From Candidatus Undinarchaeales archaeon (GTDB taxonomy: Archaea > Undinarchaeota > Undinarchaeia > Undinarchaeales > JALTGF01): 64,000 nucleotides of DNA. Position 1 is the first letter of the stretch. Each line of letters starts with the position of its first letter. This document shows, piece after piece, positions 29,177-37,403 of the stretch. A model generated the notes under the pieces. That model was not told the origin of the DNA. It searched no databases and worked only from the letters and a program-made list of their open reading frames with translations. The stretch is from NCBI GenBank assembly GCA_046483005.1, contig JAWOEA010000004.1:23323-87322 (forward strand), given 5' to 3'. A program made the position numbers and the translations under genes.

Positions 29177-29538
29177 TGTGAGAGATAGATTTTTGGTATA
29201 AAAAGGAGTATGAAAGTATGAATAGATGAAAATAGTAGTAAACAGGAAAATGTGAGACTTTCTAACCGAAAGAATTGGGCTAACGAGATGAGTGAGTGAA
29301 AATAGCCGGTCAGGAGCTGTCTTTGAGTGGATTTGTGAGAGGTTGCTGTTCGATTGGTAGGAAATTTGACCGGACAAGTATTTTGAGACAGCAGAAAAAA
29401 ATGGTTTTTGAAAGAGTATAAAACAAGAAAATTAGAAGGGCGCTATATGCTGATTGTGAGAGTGAGTATGAAAGTATGAAAATCATACAGCCTCCCTAAA
29501 TTGTGAAACTTGTCCAGACCGAAAAAGTAAGTCTCACA
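29177..29538. repeat. right array: four TGTGAGA (+) motifs (at 29177, 29251, 29334, 29455) then one TCTCACA (29532), spacing 74-121 bp; also 2x gtatgaaagtatgaa (29208, 29466)
   Basis: Read directly. aatgtgagacttt is the reverse complement of aagtctcacattt found in the left array. Confidence 0.65.
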
Positions 29539-29609
29539 AAAACAAGATGCTGCGCCAGACAAATGGAGGGAGAGAAAAGTATAATTAATAGATTAGAGAT
29601 AAACTTGAT

Positions 29610-29897
29610 ATGAGAAGTAAAAAGCCGGCGTGCCACTTCTGCGGAAGTAAAAAAGTTGTCGTTCTGGAGACAGAGCATCCGGAAAACAGACATCCTGGAG
29701 ACAAAAGATGGTCAGAAGTATCCTTAATTGATATTCTCAGATGGGTTAATGATGAAAAGAAGAAAGTTGACGGGAAAGATATAAGCAGACTTGTACCTGA
29801 TTTTGTAAAAAACTGGATGAGGATAGGAGTTAAGTTTGAGCTCTGTCCGGAATGTAAAAGAATTGCAATTTCGCCGATGAAACAAAAGAGGCTTTAG
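29610..29897 (+). CDS. small Zn-ribbon protein
   Basis: CHFCGS...CPECKR, 95 aa. Confidence 0.4.
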   Translation: MRSKKPACHFCGSKKVVVLETEHPENRHPGDKRWSEVSLIDILRWVNDEKKKVDGKDISRLVPDFVKNWMRIGVKFELCPECKRIAISPMKQKRL

Positions 29898-30109
29898 CTT
29901 GTTTCTATTTTGATGCCTTTGCTTTTAAACATCTTTAAATATGCTTTAAATCCTTTCACTTTAGTAGTATCTAACTCAATTAAAAAAGAATATCCTTCTT
30001 GTTCTCCGTTTTTCTTAAAAATTACATCTGTATAAGCCGTCCAGTTTGCAATTGTTCTTAAAAATACAGGAATGGTTTTGTCATTATGGAAACTTATTTT
30101 TAATTTCAT
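29894..30109 (-). CDS. small hypothetical protein
   Basis: 71 aa with no motif. Confidence 0.25.
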   Translation of the reverse strand: MKLKISFHNDKTIPVFLRTIANWTAYTDVIFKKNGEQEGYSFLIELDTTKVKGFKAYLKMFKSKGIKIETS

Positions 30110-30265
30110 TTTTGGTAAAGCAATAGTACACTTAAGTTTATTTATAATTTTGTTATTTCATAAAAACTGATTTAGAAAACTTTAAAAAGGACAGCAACTA
30201 CTTCATTTCTACCTAGTTCTAGAGTAAAGGAACAGGCAAATAAAGAAAACGGAGGAAATAAAGAA

Positions 30266-30553
30266 ATGGCTGATGTAAAATTTGAAACTCTTAAAGCTGA
30301 GATAGTCGACTTCGGCAACAACAATTTCATTGAAGTTGCAAGAAAGAAAGCTATCACTTCTGATGGATCAAATGAATTTCTTGCAGTAAGCAGAGGCTTC
30401 TATGCACCTGACGGAAGCAAGAGATTCAAGAAAAGCTTCACCATTCCGGATGACGACAAAGTAATTAACTTTATCGTAGACAAGCTTCCAGGAATGCACC
30501 AGGCCGGCGGAGAATCTGCCGAAGAAGACGAATCAGAAGAAAAAGAAGAGTAA
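30266..30553 (+). CDS. small protein with possible PC4/YdbC-like ssDNA-binding fold and acidic tail
   Basis: FLAVSRGFYAPDGSKRFKKSFTIPDDD parallels the PC4 C-terminal domain pattern (hxhxR-aromatic-xxP-DG-K-KK-hslhP). SD-like ggagg lies 10 bp upstream. It ends in EEDESEEKEE. Confidence 0.3.
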   Translation: MADVKFETLKAEIVDFGNNNFIEVARKKAITSDGSNEFLAVSRGFYAPDGSKRFKKSFTIPDDDKVINFIVDKLPGMHQAGGESAEEDESEEKEE

Positions 30554-30675
30554 AAGAAAATAGAGAAATAAGGAAAAGGCGTGGAGCGGAGATGCAGCTG
30601 CGATGAAGGCGTTAAAACTCTAATTAAAATAACTTGCAGTTAAATAGGGACTAATTTTTGCTTTTTAAATTTTTA

Positions 30676-30929
30676 TCAATTTTTATCCCATACTGGGAAT
30701 CCTAAAATTTTCACTTCAATGCCATGGCTTTCTAATTTATCTACAAAGGTTTCAATTGAGTCATTGTCCCCTTTCAATGTACAGATAAGCTCATTGGACG
30801 TTATTGAATAGTCAGTAAGATTCAATTTATCTATTTTGGAATTAACACTTTGATTTTGTCTTCATATTTATCCCAAAATTTAGAATAATCTTTAATTTTC
30901 TTGCTTGTCAGTTTAATTCTGCGTTCCAT
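30676..30929 (-). pseudogene. frameshifted third paralog of the small-protein family 30982..31494 / 31567..31794
   Basis: Frame A reads MERRIKLTSKKIKDYSKFWDKYEDKIKVLIPK and then stops. Reading frame B from the A-run continues ...NQSVNSKIDKLNLTDYSITSNELICTLKGDNDSIETFVDKLESHGIEVKILGF, which aligns with the C-terminal motif of both paralogs. The same promoter repeat lies upstream. Confidence 0.5.
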
Positions 30930-30943
30930 TTCATTAAATGAGT

Positions 30944-31006
30944 TATTAAATTGAGATATAAATCTTACGGGAGACTAATTTTTATAATTTATATACTTCA
31001 AATCCT
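30944..31006. repeat. 63-bp direct repeat, copy 1 (about 88% identical to 31504..31566); contains the TATA box tttatatctcaat (minus strand) for the downstream paralog
   Basis: gttattaaattgagatataaatcttacgggagactaatttttataatttatatacttcaaatcc. It overlaps the last 8 codons of gene 30982..31494. Confidence 0.7.
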
Positions 31007-31494
31007 TTTTCTTTTAAGAAATCAGCGAGCTTTTCGATGTTCTCGGCTGTTCCTTTAAACATTATGGAACCCATAGAGGATTGACTATACTCAATTCCTT
31101 TTAAATCTAAATTAGGTGACATGGACAGTAAATCAATATATAATGAAGACAGCTCCGACTTTGGAATTTTTTTGTCTAAAACTTCGGATATTTTTTCTTC
31201 CGAAAGATTTTTGATGAGTATATTAAAAGTGGGCCTGTATTCTTCCTCTGAAATATGTTCAAATAATATCTTAAATGCCTCTTTCTTTGATATCCTTTCA
31301 ATTAAAAATGTAAGCAGTATATCTTTTGATTTTTCTGATAAATTTTCAAATAAAGAGAATATTAACTTGTTTGATAACAGTTTGAAGGCATTGGAATCTT
31401 CTTTTTTAATTTCTTCAGAAAGATTTTTTATAATTTTTTTAATAGAATCTTTAGATTCCGGCGGTTTTACCATTAATCGGCTTTTTCTGACCAT
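30982..31494 (-). CDS. hypothetical protein: helical N-terminal domain plus C-terminal small alpha/beta domain shared with 31567..31794
   Basis: The C-terminus QSSMGSIMFKGTAENIEKLADFLKEKGFEV aligns with DSGPIECDFKGKKSHIEKALTELKELGFEI. The start is placed at MVRKS, 27 bp downstream of the TATA. The first 23 codons of the ORF-track model are encoded by the repeat and promoter. Confidence 0.5.
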   Translation of the reverse strand: MVRKSRLMVKPPESKDSIKKIIKNLSEEIKKEDSNAFKLLSNKLIFSLFENLSEKSKDILLTFLIERISKKEAFKILFEHISEEEYRPTFNILIKNLSEEKISEVLDKKIPKSELSSLYIDLLSMSPNLDLKGIEYSQSSMGSIMFKGTAENIEKLADFLKEKGFEVYKL

Positions 31495-31503
31495 ATATGA
31501 TAA

Positions 31504-31566
31504 GTTATTAAATTGAAATATAAATCTTACGGGAGAACAATTTTTATAATTTATGTGCTTCAAACC
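31504..31566. repeat. 63-bp direct repeat, copy 2; contains promoter and a relic C-terminus (FEAHKL-stop) in another frame
   Basis: gttattaaattgaaatataaatcttacgggagaacaatttttataatttatgtgcttcaaacc. A partial third copy (aattgaaatataaa) lies at 31811..31824, about 20 bp upstream of the ATG of 31567..31794. Confidence 0.7.
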
Positions 31567-31794
31567 TTACTTCTTGATATCTACTATTTCAAAACCCAAT
31601 TCTTTTAATTCAGTCAATGCTTTTTCGATATGACTCTTTTTCCCTTTAAAATCGCACTCGATTGGACCAGAATCACGAGGATCTGAATTGCCGCCTACTA
31701 AATTCCAATCACAAGCTAACTTATAAAGAACATTTTCAATCAGTATGCTTTTATGAGGGGGCTTAATGAATGCTTTGTAAGTTTTCTCACTCAT
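31567..31794 (-). CDS. small protein (75 aa), possibly a GlnB/PII-like or ferredoxin-like beta-alpha-beta fold; tandem paralog
   Basis: MSEKTYKAFIKPPHKSILIENVLYKLAC... The beta-alpha-beta pattern is reminiscent of the PII N-terminus. The ORF-track 5' extension to 31926 is upstream DNA. Confidence 0.4.
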   Translation of the reverse strand: MSEKTYKAFIKPPHKSILIENVLYKLACDWNLVGGNSDPRDSGPIECDFKGKKSHIEKALTELKELGFEIVDIKK

Positions 31795-31873
31795 ATTAAT
31801 TATATCAATTAATTGAAATATAAACCTTTTTGAAAAAGTAAAAATACTACCCAAAATAAAGAAAAAGAGTAAA

Positions 31874-32734
31874 ATGAAAAAATTTGCCGGTTTAATAGAC
31901 CAATTCTCAGACTTTGAAAAAAGCAAGATTGTAATAGCTCAGGCTCCGTATGCCGGAACAGTTAGTTATGGAAAAGGAGCAGAACTTGGACCGGAAGCAA
32001 TTATTGAGGCATCAAAACATCTGGAACTTTTTGATTTGGAGCTTGAAAAAAATTTTGCAGGGGAGCTCGGAATTCATTCATTGAAGCCGTACAAACTTCC
32101 TGAAAAACCGAAATATGCAGTTGAATCTATGTACAAGGAAACTAAAAAATTACTTGAAAAAGATAAATTCGTCATAACTCTTGGTGGAGAGCATACTGTT
32201 TCAGTTGGAGCAGTAAAAGCATATTCAGAAAAATTTGATGATTTATCTGTACTTTATTTAGATGCTCATGCAGACTTAAGAAATGAATTTGAAGGGCAGA
32301 AATACAGCCATGCATGTACATTAAGAAGAATTTCAGAATTCAATAAAAGCTTTGTTCATGTCGGATGCAGGTCTCTGTGTGAGGAAGGTTATGGTAAAAT
32401 TAAAGAAAAGAACTATAACTTCATATGGATGCAGGAAATCAAAGAGAAGGGCTCTCAGATTGGAAAGATTTTGTCTGGATTGCAGGAGAACGTGTATGTA
32501 AGCATAGACATAGATGTTTTAGATCCGGCAGTTATGCCTTCAACAGGAACTCCTGAGTCGGGAGGAATGAACTGGTATGAAATTACTGAAATTTTAAAAG
32601 AAGTTGGCAAGAAAAAGAACATTGTCGGCTTTGATTTGGTTGAACTTGCTCCAAAAGAAGGACTTAAAGCTCCTGATTTTACAGCAGCAAAATTAGTATA
32701 CAAACTACTAGGATACTCCTTGGTTCAGAAATAA
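31874..32734 (+). CDS. speB: agmatinase/arginase-family ureohydrolase
   Basis: The Mn-binding motifs GGEHTVS, DAHADLR and SIDIDVLDP are present. Confidence 0.8.
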   Translation: MKKFAGLIDQFSDFEKSKIVIAQAPYAGTVSYGKGAELGPEAIIEASKHLELFDLELEKNFAGELGIHSLKPYKLPEKPKYAVESMYKETKKLLEKDKFVITLGGEHTVSVGAVKAYSEKFDDLSVLYLDAHADLRNEFEGQKYSHACTLRRISEFNKSFVHVGCRSLCEEGYGKIKEKNYNFIWMQEIKEKGSQIGKILSGLQENVYVSIDIDVLDPAVMPSTGTPESGGMNWYEITEILKEVGKKKNIVGFDLVELAPKEGLKAPDFTAAKLVYKLLGYSLVQK

Positions 32735-32736
32735 AT

Positions 32737-33129
32737 TTATTCTTCTACTGCTTCTTCGGTTATTCCAGGAATGAACTGCGCTTCTTCCGGTTCTTCTGAA
32801 GATGCAGCACCTTCAAGTTTTTTAGGAACAGTTACAAGAACTATGTCATCGCATGCCAGAACTTCTCTGTAAGGAATTAAAATTGTTTTTTTAATGTCTT
32901 CTGTTCTTGAAACAGTATCATACAAATAGCTGTTTTTGGACATCTTGACTGCAAAACCATACAAAGAACCTTTTTCAGTGTCCAGCATAGCGTCTTCTAC
33001 TTTACCTACATACTGAGCGTTCCTTGTGAAAACGTCTCTCCCTGAAAGTGTTGTTAGATTAACCACTGTCATTTTCTCCCTTTGTTGATTAGTTTTTAGG
33101 TTTATATAAGTTTTGTTGATGGTTGACAA
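32737..33129 (-). CDS. PRC-barrel domain protein
   Basis: GRDVFTRNAQYVGKVEDAMLDTEKGSLYGFAV matches the PRC-barrel pattern. Confidence 0.55.
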   Translation of the reverse strand: MSTINKTYINLKTNQQREKMTVVNLTTLSGRDVFTRNAQYVGKVEDAMLDTEKGSLYGFAVKMSKNSYLYDTVSRTEDIKKTILIPYREVLACDDIVLVTVPKKLEGAASSEEPEEAQFIPGITEEAVEE

Positions 33130-33209
33130 TTGGTGCTTTGCATTTGATATTGCATTGGTTAGGAAAACCTTTTAAACAGAATACTATTATTAAAATTGGG
33201 TGACTTCAT

Positions 33210-33419
33210 ATGAGTGAGCTAAAAGATAAAGTAGAAGTTGATATAAAAGCCCTCGAAAAAATGCTTGATGTTGCTGTTGAAAAACTTGAGCATGCCGAGG
33301 ATAAAATAATTGTACACGTAAAAGAAGATGTTGTTGGCAGGGCAATCGGCCCCAGTGGTTCTGTTGTCAGAAGTGCTGAAATGGTTTTGGGAACAGCTAT
33401 CGAAGTGAAATCATTATAG
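33210..33419 (+). CDS. small KH-domain RNA-binding protein
   Basis: VVGRAIGPSGSVVRSAEMVLG carries a KH GXXG-type loop. Confidence 0.4.
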   Translation: MSELKDKVEVDIKALEKMLDVAVEKLEHAEDKIIVHVKEDVVGRAIGPSGSVVRSAEMVLGTAIEVKSL

Positions 33420-33429
33420 ATAAACTAAA

Positions 33430-34056
33430 GTGAAAACGAAAAAGTATCATTTTACTCAGAAAGAAATCTCTCATTTGGCTATTTCTGTTCTTGTAATGTC
33501 ATTTGTTGTTGCTTACAGTATGATTTCCGGTACTGTAAGTGGTTTTATTGAAACAGGAACTGCAATAGTGGTAACTATGCCCGCAAGTTTTGTTATTATT
33601 GCACCTGCTTTTGTTCTGCATGAGCTTGGGCATAAATTAACTTCACAAAGGTTTGGATTCCAGGCAGAATATCGGATGTGGACTCAGGGACTTCTTTTTG
33701 CGCTTTTGATCACGATTATGTCAGGAGGGAGTTTTATTTTTGTTGCTCCTGGCGCAGTCTATTTTGGAGGAGGGACTCGGAAAGCTTCTCTTGAACATAC
33801 TGCAAAAATTGGTATTTCCGGTCCGTTGGTTAATTTGATGCTTGCAGGAGTTTTTGGTTCAATAGCAGTTATTACTTCAGGAACAATTGGAATGATCGGT
33901 TCTTATGGTGCATATGTAAATGCTTGGCTCGCCATTTTTAATTTAATTCCTTTCGGACCATTGGACGGCGAAAAAATTCTAAAATGGAATAAAAAGGTTT
34001 GGGGAGCTGCAATGTTTTTAGGAATTGCCGTGTTTATTGGCTCAATGTTTATTTGA
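33430..34056 (+). CDS. M50-family (site-2 protease-like) membrane zinc metalloprotease
   Basis: HELGH sits in a TM helix and NLIPFGPLDG forms the third metal-ligand motif. About 6 TM. Confidence 0.7.
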   Translation: MKTKKYHFTQKEISHLAISVLVMSFVVAYSMISGTVSGFIETGTAIVVTMPASFVIIAPAFVLHELGHKLTSQRFGFQAEYRMWTQGLLFALLITIMSGGSFIFVAPGAVYFGGGTRKASLEHTAKIGISGPLVNLMLAGVFGSIAVITSGTIGMIGSYGAYVNAWLAIFNLIPFGPLDGEKILKWNKKVWGAAMFLGIAVFIGSMFI

Positions 34057-35029
34057 GTTTTTCAGAAAATTTCTGAAGCATCTTTTTTCCTTTGATTTCT
34101 TTTTTGAAAAGTTCAACCTGAATTAAAGTTTGATTTTTGAATTTATCTTTTAATTCTTTCAGTCTTTTTTCCTGTATTTTTCTTCTTTCTTTGCAGAAAC
34201 TGCAGTCCTTATTTTTAGGCTGGATTTGATTAATTATTATTTTTTCGACAGGTATTTTATATTCATTTAATTGTTCAAGGGCTCTTTCCGTTTCGGAAAC
34301 TGCCATTTCCTGCGGGATTGTAACTAGGACAAAGGTTGTCTGTTTTGGATCAGATAGGGCTTTTTTTCCTTTTTCAATTCTCTTCTTCATTTTTTCAAGA
34401 TTCCCCAGCGCCTGTTTTTTCCCATCTTTTTCATTCTTTTCAGTAAAAGGAAGTACTTTTTTGAACATGTCCATTGCATTTGAAAGCTGCATTTTAACTT
34501 TGAGCATTTTGCCTACCCAAGAATCCATTAGTTCAGGTAAAGACAGGAATTTTAAGGTATGCCCTGTTGGTGCAGTATCAAAAACTACATAGTCATATTC
34601 TGAAGTGTCAAGAAATTTGAGAAATAAATCAAAGGCGGCCATTTCATCCATTCCTGGCATTGAACCAAGGTCTGCCATGCCACCCATCATCTGCTCCGGG
34701 TTTAAACCGGGCATCCCTCCTCTCATTGGCATTCCGGGAAACTCAGGAGAGTCCGGAGTTTCTTCTGTTTCTATTTTAGGAGCTTCGAGTTTTTCCTTGA
34801 ATTTTTCCATTTCTTTTTCTGGATTGATTTCAATTGCCCATAAATTTTCAAAGAGTTTCTTTTCTTCGGCGCCTATTTTCTTTTCAAAGGAATCTGAAAG
34901 AGAATGTGCAGGATCGGTACTTACAATTAGAGTTAAGTTGCCGTCATTTGCCAGTTTCAAAGCTGTTGCTGCGGCCGTTGTTGTTTTTCCTACTCCTCCT
35001 TTTCCTCCAAATAAGATGAATTCAGTCAT
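34049..35029 (-). CDS. ArsA/Get3-family ATPase with Met/Gly-rich insertion
   Basis: P-loop GGKGGVGKTT, the signatures VSTDPAHSLSDSF and DTAPTGHTLKFL, and the insertion PGMPMRGGMPGLNPEQMMGGMADLGSMPGMDEM are present. It has a C-terminal CSFC motif. Confidence 0.7.
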   Translation of the reverse strand: MTEFILFGGKGGVGKTTTAAATALKLANDGNLTLIVSTDPAHSLSDSFEKKIGAEEKKLFENLWAIEINPEKEMEKFKEKLEAPKIETEETPDSPEFPGMPMRGGMPGLNPEQMMGGMADLGSMPGMDEMAAFDLFLKFLDTSEYDYVVFDTAPTGHTLKFLSLPELMDSWVGKMLKVKMQLSNAMDMFKKVLPFTEKNEKDGKKQALGNLEKMKKRIEKGKKALSDPKQTTFVLVTIPQEMAVSETERALEQLNEYKIPVEKIIINQIQPKNKDCSFCKERRKIQEKRLKELKDKFKNQTLIQVELFKKEIKGKKMLQKFSEKLK

Positions 35030-35423
35030 TTTTATGTAAGTGCTTTCTTATTTTAAGAAAACCAGACGTATCCTGAGAAACATACCAGGAGATTACTTTA
35101 AATAAATCTGTGTCATAGCGCTTATTTTTTGAGTAATTAATTAATTCTTTTTTGATTTTAGAAGTTGCTCCTTTTTTCAACATCTTGTTCGTTATTATAC
35201 TTTCTTTTTTGAACAAAACCCGATGGACAACTGCTCTTAAAACTCTATTTCTAAAAACCTTTCTCAAATAGAAAATCTTTTTTGGTGCGGAGCCCTCGTA
35301 GTTTTCAAGTATTTCGAGTAATGCCTCATATTCTTTTGCAGCAAAAAAACAGTAGGAAGCAATAAGAGTATTTCCTTTTTCTTTCATTTCTTTTCCTTCT
35401 TCAATACAGTCATTTTTTACCAT
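35022..35423 (-). CDS. hypothetical protein
   Basis: 133 aa and basic. Confidence 0.35.
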   Translation of the reverse strand: MVKNDCIEEGKEMKEKGNTLIASYCFFAAKEYEALLEILENYEGSAPKKIFYLRKVFRNRVLRAVVHRVLFKKESIITNKMLKKGATSKIKKELINYSKNKRYDTDLFKVISWYVSQDTSGFLKIRKHLHKND

Positions 35424-35454
35424 GTTAATTTCTTGTACCTGAATTTATTTATAC

Positions 35455-36807
35455 TTGATTAAATTACTTTTAAATACTATGGCAATTCATCCGATTGAAT
35501 ACAGGTACAATACTCCTGAAATGTATGGACTTTTTGAAGAAAAAAATATTTTAGAGAAGAGAATGCTTGTTGAAGCTGCTTTAGTTAAAGCCCATTCAAA
35601 AATTGGCAATGTTCCGAAAAAGGCAGCAAAAAAAGTTGAGAAAGTTGCAAAATCAGGGAATGTTAAGCTGAAAAGGGTTAAGGAAATTGAATCAGAAATT
35701 AAGCATGATTTGATGGCAATTGTTAAGGCAATGTCAGAAAAATCAGGCGATGCCGGAAAATATATTCATTTGGGCGCTACTTCATATGACATTATTGATA
35801 CTGCCTGGGCGTTGATTTTTAGAGAGGCTTTGAATTTGATTTTAGATGATTTGAAAAAATTTAAGAAAGTTTTGAAAAAAGGAGCTGAAAACTATAAAGA
35901 GACAGTTATGATTGGAAGAAGCCACGGACAGCACGGCATCCCAATTACGCTTGGTTTTAAATTTGCCAGCTGGTTTGAAGAAAATGAAAGGAATATAGAA
36001 AGGACAGAGGAAGCCCTTGATTTAATTTCAGTCGGACAGTTGACAGGAGCAGTTGGAACGCAAGCATCTCTTGGAGAGAAAGGACTTGAAATTCAAAAAG
36101 AATTTTTATCTGAACTAGATTTGGATGAACCAGGAATTACAACTCAAGTAATTCCAAGAGACAGGCATGCAGAAGTTATTGTTCATCTTGTGTTTATTGC
36201 AGAGGAGTTAGAAAGAATTGCAAAAGAAATTAGAAATTTACAGAGACCAGAAATTCTTGAAATTGAAGAGCCTTTCAAAAAGATGCAGGTTGGCTCTTCT
36301 ACAATGCCACAAAAAAGGAATCCGTATAGGTCGGAAAGAATCTGTGGAATTGCAAGATACTTGAGAGGAAATGTTTTGTCTGCTTTTGAAAACATTCCTT
36401 TAGAGCATGAAAGAGATTTGACTAATTCAAGCAATGAGAGACTGATATTTTCGGAAACATTTATTTTGATGGATTTTATTTTGCGAGAAGCCATTGATAT
36501 TGTTGGAAATTTGAATGTTTATCCTGAAAATATGCAGAAAAATTTGAATTTGACAAAAGGAAGAGTTATGGCTGAAGCAGTTATGATTAAGCTAGTTGAG
36601 AAAGGGCTGGGGAGACAGGAAGCTCATGAGCTTATCAGGAAGAATTCAATGAAAAGTTTCAAAGAAGATAAGCATTTGCTTGATGTTTTGCTTGAAGATA
36701 AAGAAATTAAAGAATATTTGGATGAAAAAGAAATTAAAGAAGTTATGAAACCAGGAAATTATTTAGGTACTGTTAAAAAGCAAATTGAGAAAGCTTTGAA
36801 AGACTGA
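35455..36807 (+). CDS. purB: adenylosuccinate lyase
   Basis: It has the fumarate-lyase signature GSSTMPQKRNP and a HLGATSYDI motif. Confidence 0.85.
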   Translation: MIKLLLNTMAIHPIEYRYNTPEMYGLFEEKNILEKRMLVEAALVKAHSKIGNVPKKAAKKVEKVAKSGNVKLKRVKEIESEIKHDLMAIVKAMSEKSGDAGKYIHLGATSYDIIDTAWALIFREALNLILDDLKKFKKVLKKGAENYKETVMIGRSHGQHGIPITLGFKFASWFEENERNIERTEEALDLISVGQLTGAVGTQASLGEKGLEIQKEFLSELDLDEPGITTQVIPRDRHAEVIVHLVFIAEELERIAKEIRNLQRPEILEIEEPFKKMQVGSSTMPQKRNPYRSERICGIARYLRGNVLSAFENIPLEHERDLTNSSNERLIFSETFILMDFILREAIDIVGNLNVYPENMQKNLNLTKGRVMAEAVMIKLVEKGLGRQEAHELIRKNSMKSFKEDKHLLDVLLEDKEIKEYLDEKEIKEVMKPGNYLGTVKKQIEKALKD

Positions 36808-36809
36808 TT

Positions 36810-37403
36810 CTACAGAGTTAAAATATATTTAAAAAAGGCGTATCCAAATGTTGTAAAATAAAAATAATTCACTGTTAAACCAATAAATTCTGATACAAAT
36901 AACTTAATCCAAGGAATTGGAGCCATTTTCTTTGCTATGAAGCCTCTCATAGTATCCCAAACCAATATAGACGCCATTCCTAAAAGAATGAAAGTTGAAT
37001 GGGAGATGTTTGTTCCATATATTCCAAGCAAATGCCTTGTTGTCAAAGTTAAACCTGTTAAAACAATCATATGAGTTACAGCTCCGTTAAATTCATCCGG
37101 TCTTAATTTAATTACAATAAGCATGCAGAGTACAAATAAAGGAATTGTAAAGACGATTCCAAAAACATAAGCATAAACAAACGTTAGGAAATAAAAGCAT
37201 TCAACTCCCATTTTCCAGGAATCGGTTTTTCTTGTTATTAACATTGCAATTAAAGACAGAAACCATATGAATCCTACTTTGAAGTAATACCAGAGAAAAT
37301 TGAAGGCGAGAATAGACAAAACTATTAAAATGACTACACCGATGCCGATTGCAATTGGGCCCGTATGTATGTCAACTTTAAGTTTTTTCTTTTTGTTTTT
37401 CAT
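36810..37403 (-). CDS. polytopic membrane protein, tandem paralog A
   Basis: The shared motifs DSWKMG, FTFVYAYVF and IKLRPDEFNGAVTHMIVLTG are also found in the neighbouring gene. Confidence 0.45.
   Translation of the reverse strand: MKNKKKKLKVDIHTGPIAIGIGVVILIVLSILAFNFLWYYFKVGFIWFLSLIAMLITRKTDSWKMGVECFYFLTFVYAYVFGIVFTIPLFVLCMLIVIKLRPDEFNGAVTHMIVLTGLTLTTRHLLGIYGTNISHSTFILLGMASILVWDTMRGFIAKKMAPIPWIKLFVSEFIGLTVNYFYFTTFGYAFFKYILTL

Noticed and set aside
29069-29377. 100-aa N-terminal extension of the wHTH gene 28781..29377 in the ORF track
   Set aside because: The extension translates the repeat-rich intergenic array (Ser/Thr/Phe-rich junk). The wHTH domain begins at an internal Met with sensible spacing.
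25865-29538. CRISPR array interpretation of the spaced TCTCACA repeats
   Set aside because: The repeat unit is only 7-13 bp, the spacing is irregular (56-121 bp), the two arrays are inverted relative to each other, and there are no cas genes. This is not CRISPR.
25865-29538. Integrated virus/plasmid with integrase
   Set aside because: No integrase, transposase, Rep or capsid-like ORF is present inside or beside the bracketed segment, and the only tRNA is 24 kb away. Mobile-element status remains only a hypothesis.
31495-31926. N-terminal extensions of 30982..31563 and 31567..31926
   Set aside because: The first ~23 and ~44 codons are encoded by the shared promoter repeat and upstream DNA. 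A TATA box sits ~25 bp upstream of the internal Met in each case.
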